A stretch of 64,000 bases of DNA from a virus, in the IMG/VR virus record IMGVR_UViG_3300012271_000010, positions 8,111 to 72,110 of that record. One strand, written 5' to 3'. The position numbers were made by a program, and so were the translations under genes. This document shows, piece after piece, positions 24,281 to 34,634 of this stretch. The stretch's first letter is position 1, and every line of letters starts with the position of its first letter. The notes under the pieces are model-generated. The model saw only the letters and a list, made by a program, of their open reading frames with translations, had not been told where the DNA came from and searched no databases.

Positions 24281-25592
24281 GAATTTTAAATATGGAGATT
24301 TAAATCCTGCTAATCATCCTCAAGATGGTAGAACACTCGATCCAGAATCATTTACTGGTGCTGGCAATTTAACAGAAGCTGCTCGCCGTGTCAACACTCC
24401 AAATTTTATTGAAAAACTTGGTTTTCCTTTAAAAGGAATTGTGATTCGTGTCGAAACGAATCATAAAGGAAAACCAGAAGCTTCAAGCAATTCTAACGAA
24501 GGTTGGGGCGCTTGGTCATATAGTTCTACCCTTCCGCAACCTCAATTATGGCGTTGTCGAGTAAGAATTCCTGAGTTGCACGCCCACCTCCCGATTCCGT
24601 TTGATTTTGGACCCGAGGGGCTAAATTCTATTATGGCTTTATATCCAGTTTTTCAAGCTAAAGATGAAGCGACGGCACCACCGATTGTCGGAGAAATTTG
24701 TTATGTAGATTTCGGTGACAGAGAAAGATTCGAAGATCCAATCTTTTTAGGAATGATTAAAAGTGGTGGAACCCCAGTTGAAGGCGGTACATCTTCTGAG
24801 AATTCTAACCCTGTTCCTTCTTTAGTCATTAACGAAAATCCTGGTCCTTTAAGCGTCCAAGCGCCGCCAGGAGATTCCATTGGATCTTCTTTTGAAATAG
24901 AGCCAGAGCTTGACGCTCAAAGTCAAGTTCCTGTAGTCGTTCCGCCCAAAGAAACTTTCAAGTGTACAGATACCAAAAATCCTTCTAACAATCCTCCAAG
25001 TTGTGGACCCCTTGTTTCTACGTCTCCTGGTGAATACGAAACTGCTGAGCGCGGACGTTCAACTGGCAAAAAAGAAATGGCAACATGGAACAATCGTTCT
25101 CGTAAAGACGTATTGGTTTTAGCTGCTTCTAAACATACTCTAGAGTTGATGGAAGCAGCTTTTATAAAAGATACTGGAATTAAAGATATTGATATAAAGC
25201 GTTTTATCGTTTCAGGTTTTAGAAATTTAGAACATCAAGAATGCCAAAGAAAAAAATATGAAGAATGTCTTAAAGAATGGAAGCGAAAAGGAGGTAAGCG
25301 TCCTACTAGAAGAAACCCACCCGATAAAGGAGCCCTTTTAGATGAGCAACCATCCGCAGTTGCTAAATCAGGTTTTTCAAAACATAACTCTGGTCTGGCA
25401 GTGGATTTTGATCACGACGGTAAGGGAAAAGGTAAAAAATCTAGATCAATAGCTTTGTGGATTTGGTTGCAAAAGAATTCTAGAAAATTTGGCTGGGTCA
25501 ATCCAGCTTGGGCTCGGAACAACCCAGCTGAGCCATGGCATTTCGAGTTTAATGAAAGTCTTGCGAAGAAAAATGGTATGCTTCCGCAGTGA
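24270..25592 (+). CDS. baseplate hub/gp5-like protein with C-terminal M15 (VanY-like) peptidoglycan peptidase
   Basis: N-terminal RCRVRIPEL..PPIVGEICYVDF..PIFLG (gp5 OB-fold pattern); C-terminal SGFR..SKHNSGLAVD..EPWH. Confidence 0.75.
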   Translation: MGRKNFKYGDLNPANHPQDGRTLDPESFTGAGNLTEAARRVNTPNFIEKLGFPLKGIVIRVETNHKGKPEASSNSNEGWGAWSYSSTLPQPQLWRCRVRIPELHAHLPIPFDFGPEGLNSIMALYPVFQAKDEATAPPIVGEICYVDFGDRERFEDPIFLGMIKSGGTPVEGGTSSENSNPVPSLVINENPGPLSVQAPPGDSIGSSFEIEPELDAQSQVPVVVPPKETFKCTDTKNPSNNPPSCGPLVSTSPGEYETAERGRSTGKKEMATWNNRSRKDVLVLAASKHTLELMEAAFIKDTGIKDIDIKRFIVSGFRNLEHQECQRKKYEECLKEWKRKGGKRPTRRNPPDKGALLDEQPSAVAKSGFSKHNSGLAVDFDHDGKGKGKKSRSIALWIWLQKNSRKFGWVNPAWARNNPAEPWHFEFNESLAKKNGMLPQ

Positions 25593-25600
25593 GATAAAAA

Positions 25601-26533
25601 ATGAGTCAAAAAGCAGTAGATCACTCAGGCGAGACTAGAGAGCAAGGAATACAAAGAAGATCTTTGTCCAAGTCAACATCTATCCACACAAAAGGGATAG
25701 CTGGTGGAGTCTTGCCTGAACCGATTCCGAAATTTAATAGAACAAAGAGTGAGAAAATTATTGAAGGTTCAAACAATACCTTTATTGTTTTGGGTCGCGA
25801 TAGACCAGCAAGCAGACTCAGTGGTTTCGGAGGAACAGGAGACACGCAAGCAGGCGCAATTGATTTGGTTGTTGGCAGACTTGGACCACTAGTTCAAGCT
25901 AACGTTTGGGCAGATAATGATTTCTTAAGAGACTCAGCTCGAATTTATATTAGTCAAAAATCGAATGTTGATGATAATTTTAGATTATCAGATGGAACAG
26001 TGGGGAATGCTAAAGGTTCCTCCGCTATTGCTTTAAAAGCTGATGACATCAGAATTATCGCTAGAGAAGGGATCAAATTAATTACTGGTACTGACAGAGA
26101 AAACTCCAGAGGCGGCAGCGTCGACGCCATTGCTGGAATTGATTTGATTGCAGGGAACGATGGGTCTGTAGCCAAAAACGCTGGTGAAACAGGTTTACAA
26201 CCTATAGTTAAAGCGAAGAATACAGAAGAAGCTTTGGACAAAATGTTGAAACTTATTTCAAGTCTTGGTGGTATTGTATCTGCTTTTTTACAGTCACAAA
26301 TGACTTATAACTCAATTCTAGGAACTCATTTCCATGTGTCACCTTTTTACGGTATTCCAACGACCCCTTCATCTCTCGCTTCATCAGGAGCTAGCACAGC
26401 TGCTACTAATATGATGAACGATTGTATTTCAGGTCTGCAAAAACACAAGTCTAACATTTCTAGTGTTAGGAATACTTATCTCAAAACCCACGGTAAAAAA
26501 TATATCGGAAGCCGTTACAACAATACCAACTAA
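25601..26533 (+). CDS. probable baseplate spike (gp5 C-terminal-like)
   Basis: beta-rich repeats (IVLGRD, IALKADDIRIIAREGIKL), HFH metal-binding tip-like motif, position after the gp5-like gene. Confidence 0.55.
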   Translation: MSQKAVDHSGETREQGIQRRSLSKSTSIHTKGIAGGVLPEPIPKFNRTKSEKIIEGSNNTFIVLGRDRPASRLSGFGGTGDTQAGAIDLVVGRLGPLVQANVWADNDFLRDSARIYISQKSNVDDNFRLSDGTVGNAKGSSAIALKADDIRIIAREGIKLITGTDRENSRGGSVDAIAGIDLIAGNDGSVAKNAGETGLQPIVKAKNTEEALDKMLKLISSLGGIVSAFLQSQMTYNSILGTHFHVSPFYGIPTTPSSLASSGASTAATNMMNDCISGLQKHKSNISSVRNTYLKTHGKKYIGSRYNNTN

Positions 26534-26534
26534 C

Positions 26535-29500
26535 ATGCCAATATCTCAAAAATTTGTTATAGATCTTCGAAGACTGCGAAACGATACTAGTAAGGTCTCA
26601 TCCTTGTTGACTAAGCTCGGAAAAGATATGAATTTTGCTGGTTTTTATACACCAGGATTTGATTTCGCTATCCAAGCTAATGCAATTTTGTTGTTTCCTG
26701 AATCATTGCGTGCTCTTATAAACTTCAACGTAAAAGAGATGAATAACCACGATGCATTTAATAATGAATGGAAAGGTTATACTTCCTATGATTTTGTTGA
26801 GTTAGCTGTTGATTTATCTTACAACGTTATTACTTCGATTCGACTTCTAGGAGACACCAAGAAGAAGACTATCGAACAAATTCGTTTTGCTTTGTTCGAT
26901 ATTGATAATGAATTATTCACTCCAACAACTATAAATACTGTTTCGAATATCAAAGAAATTTCTGATGGCATCACGGAATTTTTTGGTGCTGATAACACGT
27001 CTCTTTCCTGTAATGTAAACAGTTCTTCCTCAAGAGTTCCGTTGTTGCAAAATCGTATTAATTCGAATATTGAGTGGTCTAACTATATCAAAGAATATGT
27101 TATTCCAAAGCCTAAAATCCTCTCTTTAGAAGTAAACGTAAATCTCCAGTGTGGTGGAGAGGTTTTTGCTTCCTTCCTTAGTGAATTTGAAACAAAATCA
27201 TTTAAAACTGATGAAGAGAAGATTGCAGAAGAACAAATTTGGGAAAGTGTTGAGTTTAAAAAACAAATTTCTGAAATGCAAAGCAGATGTGTTGAAGTGA
27301 TAAACACCTCAGCAGATATTTTGGAGGATCCGACCGCTCTAGTCAATAAGATTCAGACGTTAGGTGACGCATATTCACAATTTTTTGATAAAATTTCTTT
27401 GGAATGTTTGATCAAATCTGCCATGAAGTGTATTGCTCCGCCTTTAACATGTAAAGAAATACTTGCTGGTTTTGAACTTAAAGATATTGAAAGTAAGATT
27501 GAGTTAGCTTTCCCGAACGTACCTAGAATTGCTTCTCTTGTTAAGAAAGCAGCTACAAATGCGAGAACATCTTTTTCAGACGAATTTGAAGCAGCAAGTG
27601 CGTTTTTAGACGAGATTGAAGAGGTCATCGATTTGGAAGTAATCTGTGATGTAGCTAAATTTAATTTAGCATTTCAAATACCGACAATTGAACTTCCAGA
27701 ACTTCCTATAATTGATTTATTTGCTTCTGTAGAAATAGCTATTGAAGACGCTATTTTATCCGCATTGACTGTTTCAATTTTAGAAATGTTGTTGAAAATC
27801 CTTGAAGATTTACAGTCTTGTAATAATTTGGACTCTTTCATCGCAGGGGCAATTAACGGACAAATTCCTACACCATCTGGGTTAAACAATGATCTGAACA
27901 AGATGTTTGGTTTACTTGTTGATAGTGATCCTTTGGGAACATCTCGCGATATAGTTTCATCTCTTGGCTCTAAATGGCAGAACTTTGTGAAACAGGCAGA
28001 ACCATTATTAAATGAACAAGTAAAATTAGAGAATCAAACGAATCCTGAGGTACTTGGAGAGGCTGCTCAACTCCGTAATCAGATAGACTCTTATGGTGGA
28101 TTGGAGAGCTTACTGGAAGCTGTAGAGGGCAACATAGGAGTTGCTGCTGCTAGAGCTGTCTTTGTTGCGTTCTTTCAAGGACAAATTAATTTTTCTCAAC
28201 TATTAGTATTCCAAGGTACCGACGGTGCTACTGCTCTTCGAGCTTTTTTTAACGAAATTGGTTTGTTTGAAATAGACGAAGAAGAAAAAAGTTTCGTCTT
28301 AAGAATGTCAGATGAACAATCGATTGTAGTTTTCAATGCCATTGGAAGAGCATCTAGAGCAAATATTGATACGAGTGGCGCTGCTTTAGTCGACGCCATC
28401 GGCGGTTTATTAAATGATGTTGTAGCCGTTCTTTCTCCCGCTGATACTTTGAATCTTTTAGCAGGAACTCCTTCCCTCAAAGTGGTAGAAGTTATTATAG
28501 AATTGATCAAAGTTAGTAGGGAAGAGATTCATTTTATAAATAAACCAGATCAAATTATCCAACTTTTTAAAACTCTTGGGGATGCAACTGGAACATCAGC
28601 TATGAAAAATGGTGTTGTTTTAGCTTCTAATGTTAGAAGAAACAGAGATATTCCAAGAAAATTTTGTCCTGAAGACGATGAAGCGCTTAGGTTGCAAGAA
28701 CAGATTCTCATTAGAAGTTTCCCACCTGAAGAGGTCCGAACTATAATTGATGAAATTATTGAAAAGCGTAGAATTCGTTACAACGAGTTAGGTGATATTT
28801 TAGTTCGTCTTGGCGACGATGACTTTTCTCCTACCGAGATACTGGAACCAATTCTTTGTGGTTTTAATCCAGATGGTTCACGTCCAGCTATAGTTGACGA
28901 CGCTTTGAACACAACAATTAACACGATTTTTGAATCAACTAAAATGGCTTTCGACAGAGAGATTCCAAGATATCCAGATGCCTTATCCTCTGAGGAAAAA
29001 ATAACAAGAATTGTCCCAAGAACAATCAGAAGACGCGGTGATCGACCAGTGTTTGGCTCCGACGACGGAAATTTGTTTGGAACTTTTACAACTTTTCTTG
29101 AAGGTCTTGGCTTAGACAATCCTTTTGATAGTGAAGGCAACTCAGAAAGAATCATAAATCCCGAATGGTCAAAAATTGTCTCACAAGGGCTCGTTCCCCC
29201 AGAAGGTGATGGCTCGGCACGAGATAACAGGTTAGGACCATTCACAGAAGGTCCTCCTGCACCAATTCAGGATGTTGTTAAGAGAGTGGGTGTTAATTTC
29301 AAAAGAGCGTTTAAATTCGAAGACGCGGTTACTATTAAACAGTCGAATGAAAATTCTTTTGAAGTACAGATAAAAGGAAGTCTCCCTGTGCAATCCCCTG
29401 TACAGCAGTTTTCTCCTGTTCCTGCTACGCCGCCAAGTTGGGTAATTTCATACAAAGAACAAGACCAAATTTTAAGTTTGTCTCTTGCTGCTCAAGGTTT

Positions 29501-32378
29501 TTTCTATTCTTCTAGACTTGGGCGAGTTGAGTTCTCTGATAATTTTCATTTTTCCGAAGACTTTAGTAGAGATCTTTCCCCGGAAATTCTGGAAAGAACA
29601 GCAGAATTGAACAGATCAGTAGATGGTGTTAACTCTAAGCCAGAAATATTTTCAAGTCTCTTGAAAGAGAAACTTACTCCGGCTATTGAAGCTCAAAACG
29701 TAAATCTTTTCGAAGCATCCGCCGAGTTGTTTTTTAAAGATAGATACGAAGAGTTTGTTAAAAGTTTTCTTACTAATGCTGGAAAGAAGATAGCGAATAA
29801 TAGATTATTAAAGAAGATTCCGAATCAAAGCTTAGATCATCTTGGTCCTGGAACTTCTGAATTCAATTCCAAAGAACAAACAGAAACCTTAATTTTAAAC
29901 TTGATTAATTTTTCTGCAACTCCAACAGACGGACAAAAAAGATGTAAAGCTGATCCTCACTTGCTCGATTTAGAATTTATCAAATCAATCGTTAAAAGTG
30001 AATATGATAAAGATTGTGAAACAGAGAGCAATAATGATGGAGTTAGTCGCTCTAAAGGACCTATGAACTCATCAGGTTTTGTTGGCGTTGTACTTACCGT
30101 CGTCAGATTATATGTTATTGAATACGTTCTTCGTGGGTTGTTTGTATTTGATGAATATGGTTATAAAACAGAATTCGCCGAAGACCAATTGTTGATTGAT
30201 TATGTCTCATTTAGGATAAAGAAGGATCTTGAGAGACAAGGTGAATTAGCTCAAGGTACAAGATATTACGACGCTTTCGAAAGAGAGGTTGTAGTTGCTT
30301 ACAAAAAACTTCTTAAAAATGAAGATTTCGGAATTGAAGAAGAAGAACTTCCTCTTGCTGGTCCTGATGGCGTCCCCGCCGAACTTAAGATTCTCGTGAG
30401 AGAACAATTGAAATCTGTTCTTGAGAAGATTGGAGAGATCGTAGGAGTGAATTCTGATTCACTTGAAGATAATCTTATTAAAGACTTGTTGTCGAATGTT
30501 CCAAATCTAGATACTTTTTCTTTATTTGGAAATGGCACAGTAGAAAATTCTGATTATACCTCTTTAGATTCAAGAATGTCTTCTTTATTCCAACCAGAAA
30601 GAAAAGAAAGTATTCCTTTTCCACCAGTTCCGCCCCAAGTAGCTGCTATAACCGATTCTGAAGGAAAATACGCTATTGAACGTTATATTCGTGTTCCTTT
30701 GTCCTCGAACGAAAGTTTAAGAACAGAACAGCAACGAACTGGACTCAAAGACGTAGTAAACTTTAAAAACTTTGAAGAATTCTTAAGTAACAATGAACAA
30801 TTCAATAATAAAAGAATGGAAGAACTTTTTGAGGAGCCTTTTAAATATGGTTATAGATTAGTGTTTATTTCACCAGTTTCTGCTGAAGCAGCCACTGTTC
30901 CTGAGATAAACAATAGCCAAAAAAGTTTTAAATTAAACGGACCAATCAGGATGAACTTGAGAGATTCTGTTTTAAAATCAGAAAAAGCATTTCATGTTCT
31001 AGAGAAAGAAAAAACAAACTCAGATGAACCAGTAGGAAAGTTGAATGAGTTCTTGTCTAATTTTGGTCTTGATATCGATGTAGGCTCCACTGTTCCTTCA
31101 CCAATTGGTGAACCATTAATACCTGAACTTCCAGTCTACAAACAATTTAATACAGTTCCTATTGCTCAAGTAGAAATTTCTATAGATAACTTTTCGAATA
31201 TTCAAGCAGCACGAGGTAATATTTTAAATGTTTTTAAATCTGATTATGAGTCACGTTTGTTGGAAGAGTTATCTAATTCTGTCGATGTTCGTACTCTATT
31301 TGAATATTGTTTTTTCTCAAAAAGACTTATCACTTTCATGTTAATTCAAAGCTCTATGGTTTTGAATAGTGAAGATATGAAATTTTTATTTGAAGGAACA
31401 AAAATTGAGCTTAAAAAACTGTTTGATATCTTGAGAAATATGGGAGACTATACTAGCAAGAGTGATGAACAATTCTTAGATGGTGTTCCTGGTAATGCTG
31501 GAGCATATAAAGCAGAATTCGACCAAATTGGTAGCCCATCAGGTCCAAAGAGTCCAGATGCATTTTATTTATCATCTATTACTCCAATTTTGATTCTTCG
31601 CGGACTCGCTGAACTGATAGACCCAAATATAGCTATAACAGCAAAGATTGTGGCTGCCGGTAACGCTGGTTATTTATTGCCAAAGTTTGTGCGTTTGCCA
31701 AATGGAAAGATTAAACTTTCTGGAACTGAAGATAATCCAGGTCCACCAGTAATCCAATTTACTCCTGTTGGAATTATAAACCCCAATACAGGATTCGAGT
31801 GTATCGTAAGAGCGTCTGATGACCTCCCTTCTTGGGCAGATGAAGAAACTTTGGTAGAATGGAAATCTCCTATTCTTCCTAGTTTTCCAGGACTCCCAGA
31901 GTTAACTTTGCCCCCACCAGGTGGACTTTTAACTATCCCGCGTGGTCCAAATCGTGAGATCTTTGGTTTAGACCGTAGTTTTAACACAGAAAATCCTAAT
32001 TCTGTTGTTTTGAGTGTACCAGAATTCCCAGGAGAGTCTATAAACCTTCCTTATGGTTTAGTATCTTTGGCTTTATTGCCAATGCAGTTGTTTTTCCCGC
32101 TTATAGGAAACTTTGCTGGTCCTCCATATAACATTAATATACCACTGGGAATTGAGTTCTTAAAACTCGAACCATTGATTTATCAATTACCAAATTACAA
32201 ATTTTCTGTTGAAGACACCGATGTGGCAACAGAACTTTTGGCTTCAGAAGGAATTGATTTGGGAGCAGCCAAAAGAATTAAATGTAAAGATAACACTGAG
32301 GCAACCTCAGCACCATCAGATATTACAGAGTCTGATCCAACAAACCCTAATTTGCCAAAAACTAGCGATAGTTGTTAA
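26535..32378 (+). CDS. very large virion-associated protein of unknown function
   Basis: about 1950-aa ORF between spike and gp25; ATG 26535 follows the upstream stop. Confidence 0.6.
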   Translation: MPISQKFVIDLRRLRNDTSKVSSLLTKLGKDMNFAGFYTPGFDFAIQANAILLFPESLRALINFNVKEMNNHDAFNNEWKGYTSYDFVELAVDLSYNVITSIRLLGDTKKKTIEQIRFALFDIDNELFTPTTINTVSNIKEISDGITEFFGADNTSLSCNVNSSSSRVPLLQNRINSNIEWSNYIKEYVIPKPKILSLEVNVNLQCGGEVFASFLSEFETKSFKTDEEKIAEEQIWESVEFKKQISEMQSRCVEVINTSADILEDPTALVNKIQTLGDAYSQFFDKISLECLIKSAMKCIAPPLTCKEILAGFELKDIESKIELAFPNVPRIASLVKKAATNARTSFSDEFEAASAFLDEIEEVIDLEVICDVAKFNLAFQIPTIELPELPIIDLFASVEIAIEDAILSALTVSILEMLLKILEDLQSCNNLDSFIAGAINGQIPTPSGLNNDLNKMFGLLVDSDPLGTSRDIVSSLGSKWQNFVKQAEPLLNEQVKLENQTNPEVLGEAAQLRNQIDSYGGLESLLEAVEGNIGVAAARAVFVAFFQGQINFSQLLVFQGTDGATALRAFFNEIGLFEIDEEEKSFVLRMSDEQSIVVFNAIGRASRANIDTSGAALVDAIGGLLNDVVAVLSPADTLNLLAGTPSLKVVEVIIELIKVSREEIHFINKPDQIIQLFKTLGDATGTSAMKNGVVLASNVRRNRDIPRKFCPEDDEALRLQEQILIRSFPPEEVRTIIDEIIEKRRIRYNELGDILVRLGDDDFSPTEILEPILCGFNPDGSRPAIVDDALNTTINTIFESTKMAFDREIPRYPDALSSEEKITRIVPRTIRRRGDRPVFGSDDGNLFGTFTTFLEGLGLDNPFDSEGNSERIINPEWSKIVSQGLVPPEGDGSARDNRLGPFTEGPPAPIQDVVKRVGVNFKRAFKFEDAVTIKQSNENSFEVQIKGSLPVQSPVQQFSPVPATPPSWVISYKEQDQILSLSLAAQGFFYSSRLGRVEFSDNFHFSEDFSRDLSPEILERTAELNRSVDGVNSKPEIFSSLLKEKLTPAIEAQNVNLFEASAELFFKDRYEEFVKSFLTNAGKKIANNRLLKKIPNQSLDHLGPGTSEFNSKEQTETLILNLINFSATPTDGQKRCKADPHLLDLEFIKSIVKSEYDKDCETESNNDGVSRSKGPMNSSGFVGVVLTVVRLYVIEYVLRGLFVFDEYGYKTEFAEDQLLIDYVSFRIKKDLERQGELAQGTRYYDAFEREVVVAYKKLLKNEDFGIEEEELPLAGPDGVPAELKILVREQLKSVLEKIGEIVGVNSDSLEDNLIKDLLSNVPNLDTFSLFGNGTVENSDYTSLDSRMSSLFQPERKESIPFPPVPPQVAAITDSEGKYAIERYIRVPLSSNESLRTEQQRTGLKDVVNFKNFEEFLSNNEQFNNKRMEELFEEPFKYGYRLVFISPVSAEAATVPEINNSQKSFKLNGPIRMNLRDSVLKSEKAFHVLEKEKTNSDEPVGKLNEFLSNFGLDIDVGSTVPSPIGEPLIPELPVYKQFNTVPIAQVEISIDNFSNIQAARGNILNVFKSDYESRLLEELSNSVDVRTLFEYCFFSKRLITFMLIQSSMVLNSEDMKFLFEGTKIELKKLFDILRNMGDYTSKSDEQFLDGVPGNAGAYKAEFDQIGSPSGPKSPDAFYLSSITPILILRGLAELIDPNIAITAKIVAAGNAGYLLPKFVRLPNGKIKLSGTEDNPGPPVIQFTPVGIINPNTGFECIVRASDDLPSWADEETLVEWKSPILPSFPGLPELTLPPPGGLLTIPRGPNREIFGLDRSFNTENPNSVVLSVPEFPGESINLPYGLVSLALLPMQLFFPLIGNFAGPPYNINIPLGIEFLKLEPLIYQLPNYKFSVEDTDVATELLASEGIDLGAAKRIKCKDNTEATSAPSDITESDPTNPNLPKTSDSC

Positions 32379-32384
32379 GCATGA

Positions 32385-32394
32385 TAATTACTTA
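32385..32394 (+). promoter_or_regulatory. putative late-promoter motif TAATTACTTA
   Basis: variant of a TA(A/G)(C/T)TA(C/G)TTA motif recurring in rare intergenic gaps upstream of virion genes. Confidence 0.4.
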
Positions 32395-32405
32395 GGAGGG
32401 AAATC

Positions 32406-32780
32406 ATGGCTTCATTTACACCAAAGCTTCCATTGAGTTTCGGAGATTCGCCTGACTATCAAAACATAGTTGCGATTAAAGAATTGGTAAAACAAAATTT
32501 AAAGAACTTATGCTTAACTATCCCAGGAGAAAGGTTGATGGATAGCGATTTCGGCGTAGGTCTGAAAACTTTCTTATTTGAACAAAACTTGGAAACTACA
32601 TATGGTGACATATCAGCTAAAATAGAAGAACAAGTAAATATCTACATGCCATTTGTTGAAGTTGATGATATTATAGTTATCCCAGATGAAGATAATGAAA
32701 ATCTAATACGCGTACAGGTGCAATATTATGTTACTCCAACATCTCAAAGTGATATCCTAAAATTATCAATAAATAGATAA
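32406..32780 (+). CDS. baseplate wedge protein gp25/GpW-like
   Basis: KQNLKNLCLTIPGERLMDSDFGVGLKTFLFE motif. Confidence 0.9.
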   Translation: MASFTPKLPLSFGDSPDYQNIVAIKELVKQNLKNLCLTIPGERLMDSDFGVGLKTFLFEQNLETTYGDISAKIEEQVNIYMPFVEVDDIIVIPDEDNENLIRVQVQYYVTPTSQSDILKLSINR

Positions 32781-32787
32781 CTACTTA
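32778..32787 (+). promoter_or_regulatory. putative late-promoter motif TAACTACTTA
   Basis: same motif upstream of the gp6-like gene. Confidence 0.4.
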
Positions 32788-32837
32788 TAAGGTGAAAAAT
32801 GTATTGGTCTGACCAATAAAATCAAGGAGTCTTTACT

Positions 32838-34634
32838 ATGCCTAAAAAAAACGTGCCAATCTCTTATTTTTCCAGAGATTTTGAATCAATCAAAAAGTCT
32901 TTAGTTGAACATGCGAAAAGATATTATTCTGATTCATTTACAGACTTTAACGAGGCTGGATTTGGTTCGCTTTTTCTAGATACTGCTGCATATACTGGGG
33001 ATATTCTCTCCTTTTACTTAGATTATCAGGCAAATGAATCTTTTTTAGAAACAGCAAACGAGTATGATAATGTTTTGCGTCATGCTAAGCCATTGGGTTA
33101 CAGATTACAAGAAAACCCTTCATCACATGGAGTTTTGACTTTTTTTGTTCTTGTGCAAGCAAATGAAGTGGGTCTTGGTCCAGACTCTCGATACATTCCT
33201 ATTTTAAAAAAGAACAGTATATTTTCTGCCAAAAATGGTAATAACTTTACTTTAGTAGAAGATGTGTTTTTTGGCGACCCGGATAATGAAATTGTAGTTG
33301 CTAGAGTCGACGACATTACTGGTCTGCCAACTTCTTATGCGATTCGCGCTTTTGGAAGAGCGGTCTCTGGACGTTTGGAAGAAACCTTCATTACTGTTGG
33401 AGATTTTGAAAGATTTCTTACTGTTTCTCTTGATATAGGAAATGTTGCAGAAATTATCTTAGTTGAAGATGCAGAAGGTCACGAGTATTATGAAGTTGAT
33501 TTTTTATCGCAGGATGTAGTTTACAAATCAGTACTAAATCGTTCGTCAGACTCGCAAAACGCCCCTGACTTGTTAAAACCTTTTACGGTCCCCCGTCGCT
33601 TTATTGTTGATAGAAAAGAAGGAAAAGTATTTCTTCAATTTGGTTCTGGCAACGATGATTCGGATAGAACTTCAGAAAGAATTGTTGATCCTTCTCGTGT
33701 AATTTTAGATGTACATGGTCGGACAAGTATACCAGATACTTCTTTCGATCCTACTAATTTAATTAAAACAGATAAGTTTGGAATCTCTCCAGCTAATACA
33801 ACTTTAAGAGTTGTTGTTCGAGCGAATACCGTTGATAACGTAAATGCATCCTCTGATTCTGTTGTCGAAACAGTAAATGCTAATTTTGATTTTAATGATT
33901 TACCCACTTTAGATAGAGGATTGGTAAACTCAGTAAAAGCTTCGATTGAAGTGACTAATGAAGAGCCACTTATAGGAGATGTTACTCTCCCCGACGCCCA
34001 AGAATTAAAACTTCGTGTATACAACTCTTTTGCTTCTCAAAATAGAGCAGTAACTTTGCAAGATTATATAGCTTTGGTATATAATATGCCATCTGAATTT
34101 GGTTCTGTCAAAAGAGTAAATGTTGTTAGAGATCCAGATTCTTTTAAAAGAAACTTGAATCTTTATACGATTTCCGAAAATCAGAATGGAACATTGACTC
34201 CGACTTCCACTACTATAAAACAAAATTTGAAAGTTTGGCTAAATAAAAACAGAATGATTAACGATACAATTGATATTCTAGATGCTAAAATAGTAAATTT
34301 AGGAATCAGTTACTCAGTAGTTGGTGATCTGGAAAGAGATAAATATGATATTTTAGCAGATGCGAACTTTGCTGTGTCTAATCTTTTTAATAGTGTAAAA
34401 GATATTGGAGAGTCTCTATTTATCACGGATGTTTATGACACTTTAAAGAGAGTTTCTGGTGTAGTCGACGTTATAAGAGTGAAAGTGTCTCAAAAAGTGG
34501 GAGGGGTTTACTCAGATATACGTTTTAATATAAACGAGCAAACATCAGCCGATGGACGTTATATTGTAGCTCCTGCTAATGTAATTTTTGAAGTTAAATA
34601 TCCGATTGATGATATTAAAGGAGAAGTTAAGTAA
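32838..34634 (+). CDS. baseplate wedge subunit (T4 gp6/baseplate J-like)
   Basis: RDFESIK..DFNEAGFG..AYTGDILSFYLD..ESFLETA; SQNRAVTLQDY. Confidence 0.88.
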   Translation: MPKKNVPISYFSRDFESIKKSLVEHAKRYYSDSFTDFNEAGFGSLFLDTAAYTGDILSFYLDYQANESFLETANEYDNVLRHAKPLGYRLQENPSSHGVLTFFVLVQANEVGLGPDSRYIPILKKNSIFSAKNGNNFTLVEDVFFGDPDNEIVVARVDDITGLPTSYAIRAFGRAVSGRLEETFITVGDFERFLTVSLDIGNVAEIILVEDAEGHEYYEVDFLSQDVVYKSVLNRSSDSQNAPDLLKPFTVPRRFIVDRKEGKVFLQFGSGNDDSDRTSERIVDPSRVILDVHGRTSIPDTSFDPTNLIKTDKFGISPANTTLRVVVRANTVDNVNASSDSVVETVNANFDFNDLPTLDRGLVNSVKASIEVTNEEPLIGDVTLPDAQELKLRVYNSFASQNRAVTLQDYIALVYNMPSEFGSVKRVNVVRDPDSFKRNLNLYTISENQNGTLTPTSTTIKQNLKVWLNKNRMINDTIDILDAKIVNLGISYSVVGDLERDKYDILADANFAVSNLFNSVKDIGESLFITDVYDTLKRVSGVVDVIRVKVSQKVGGVYSDIRFNINEQTSADGRYIVAPANVIFEVKYPIDDIKGEVK

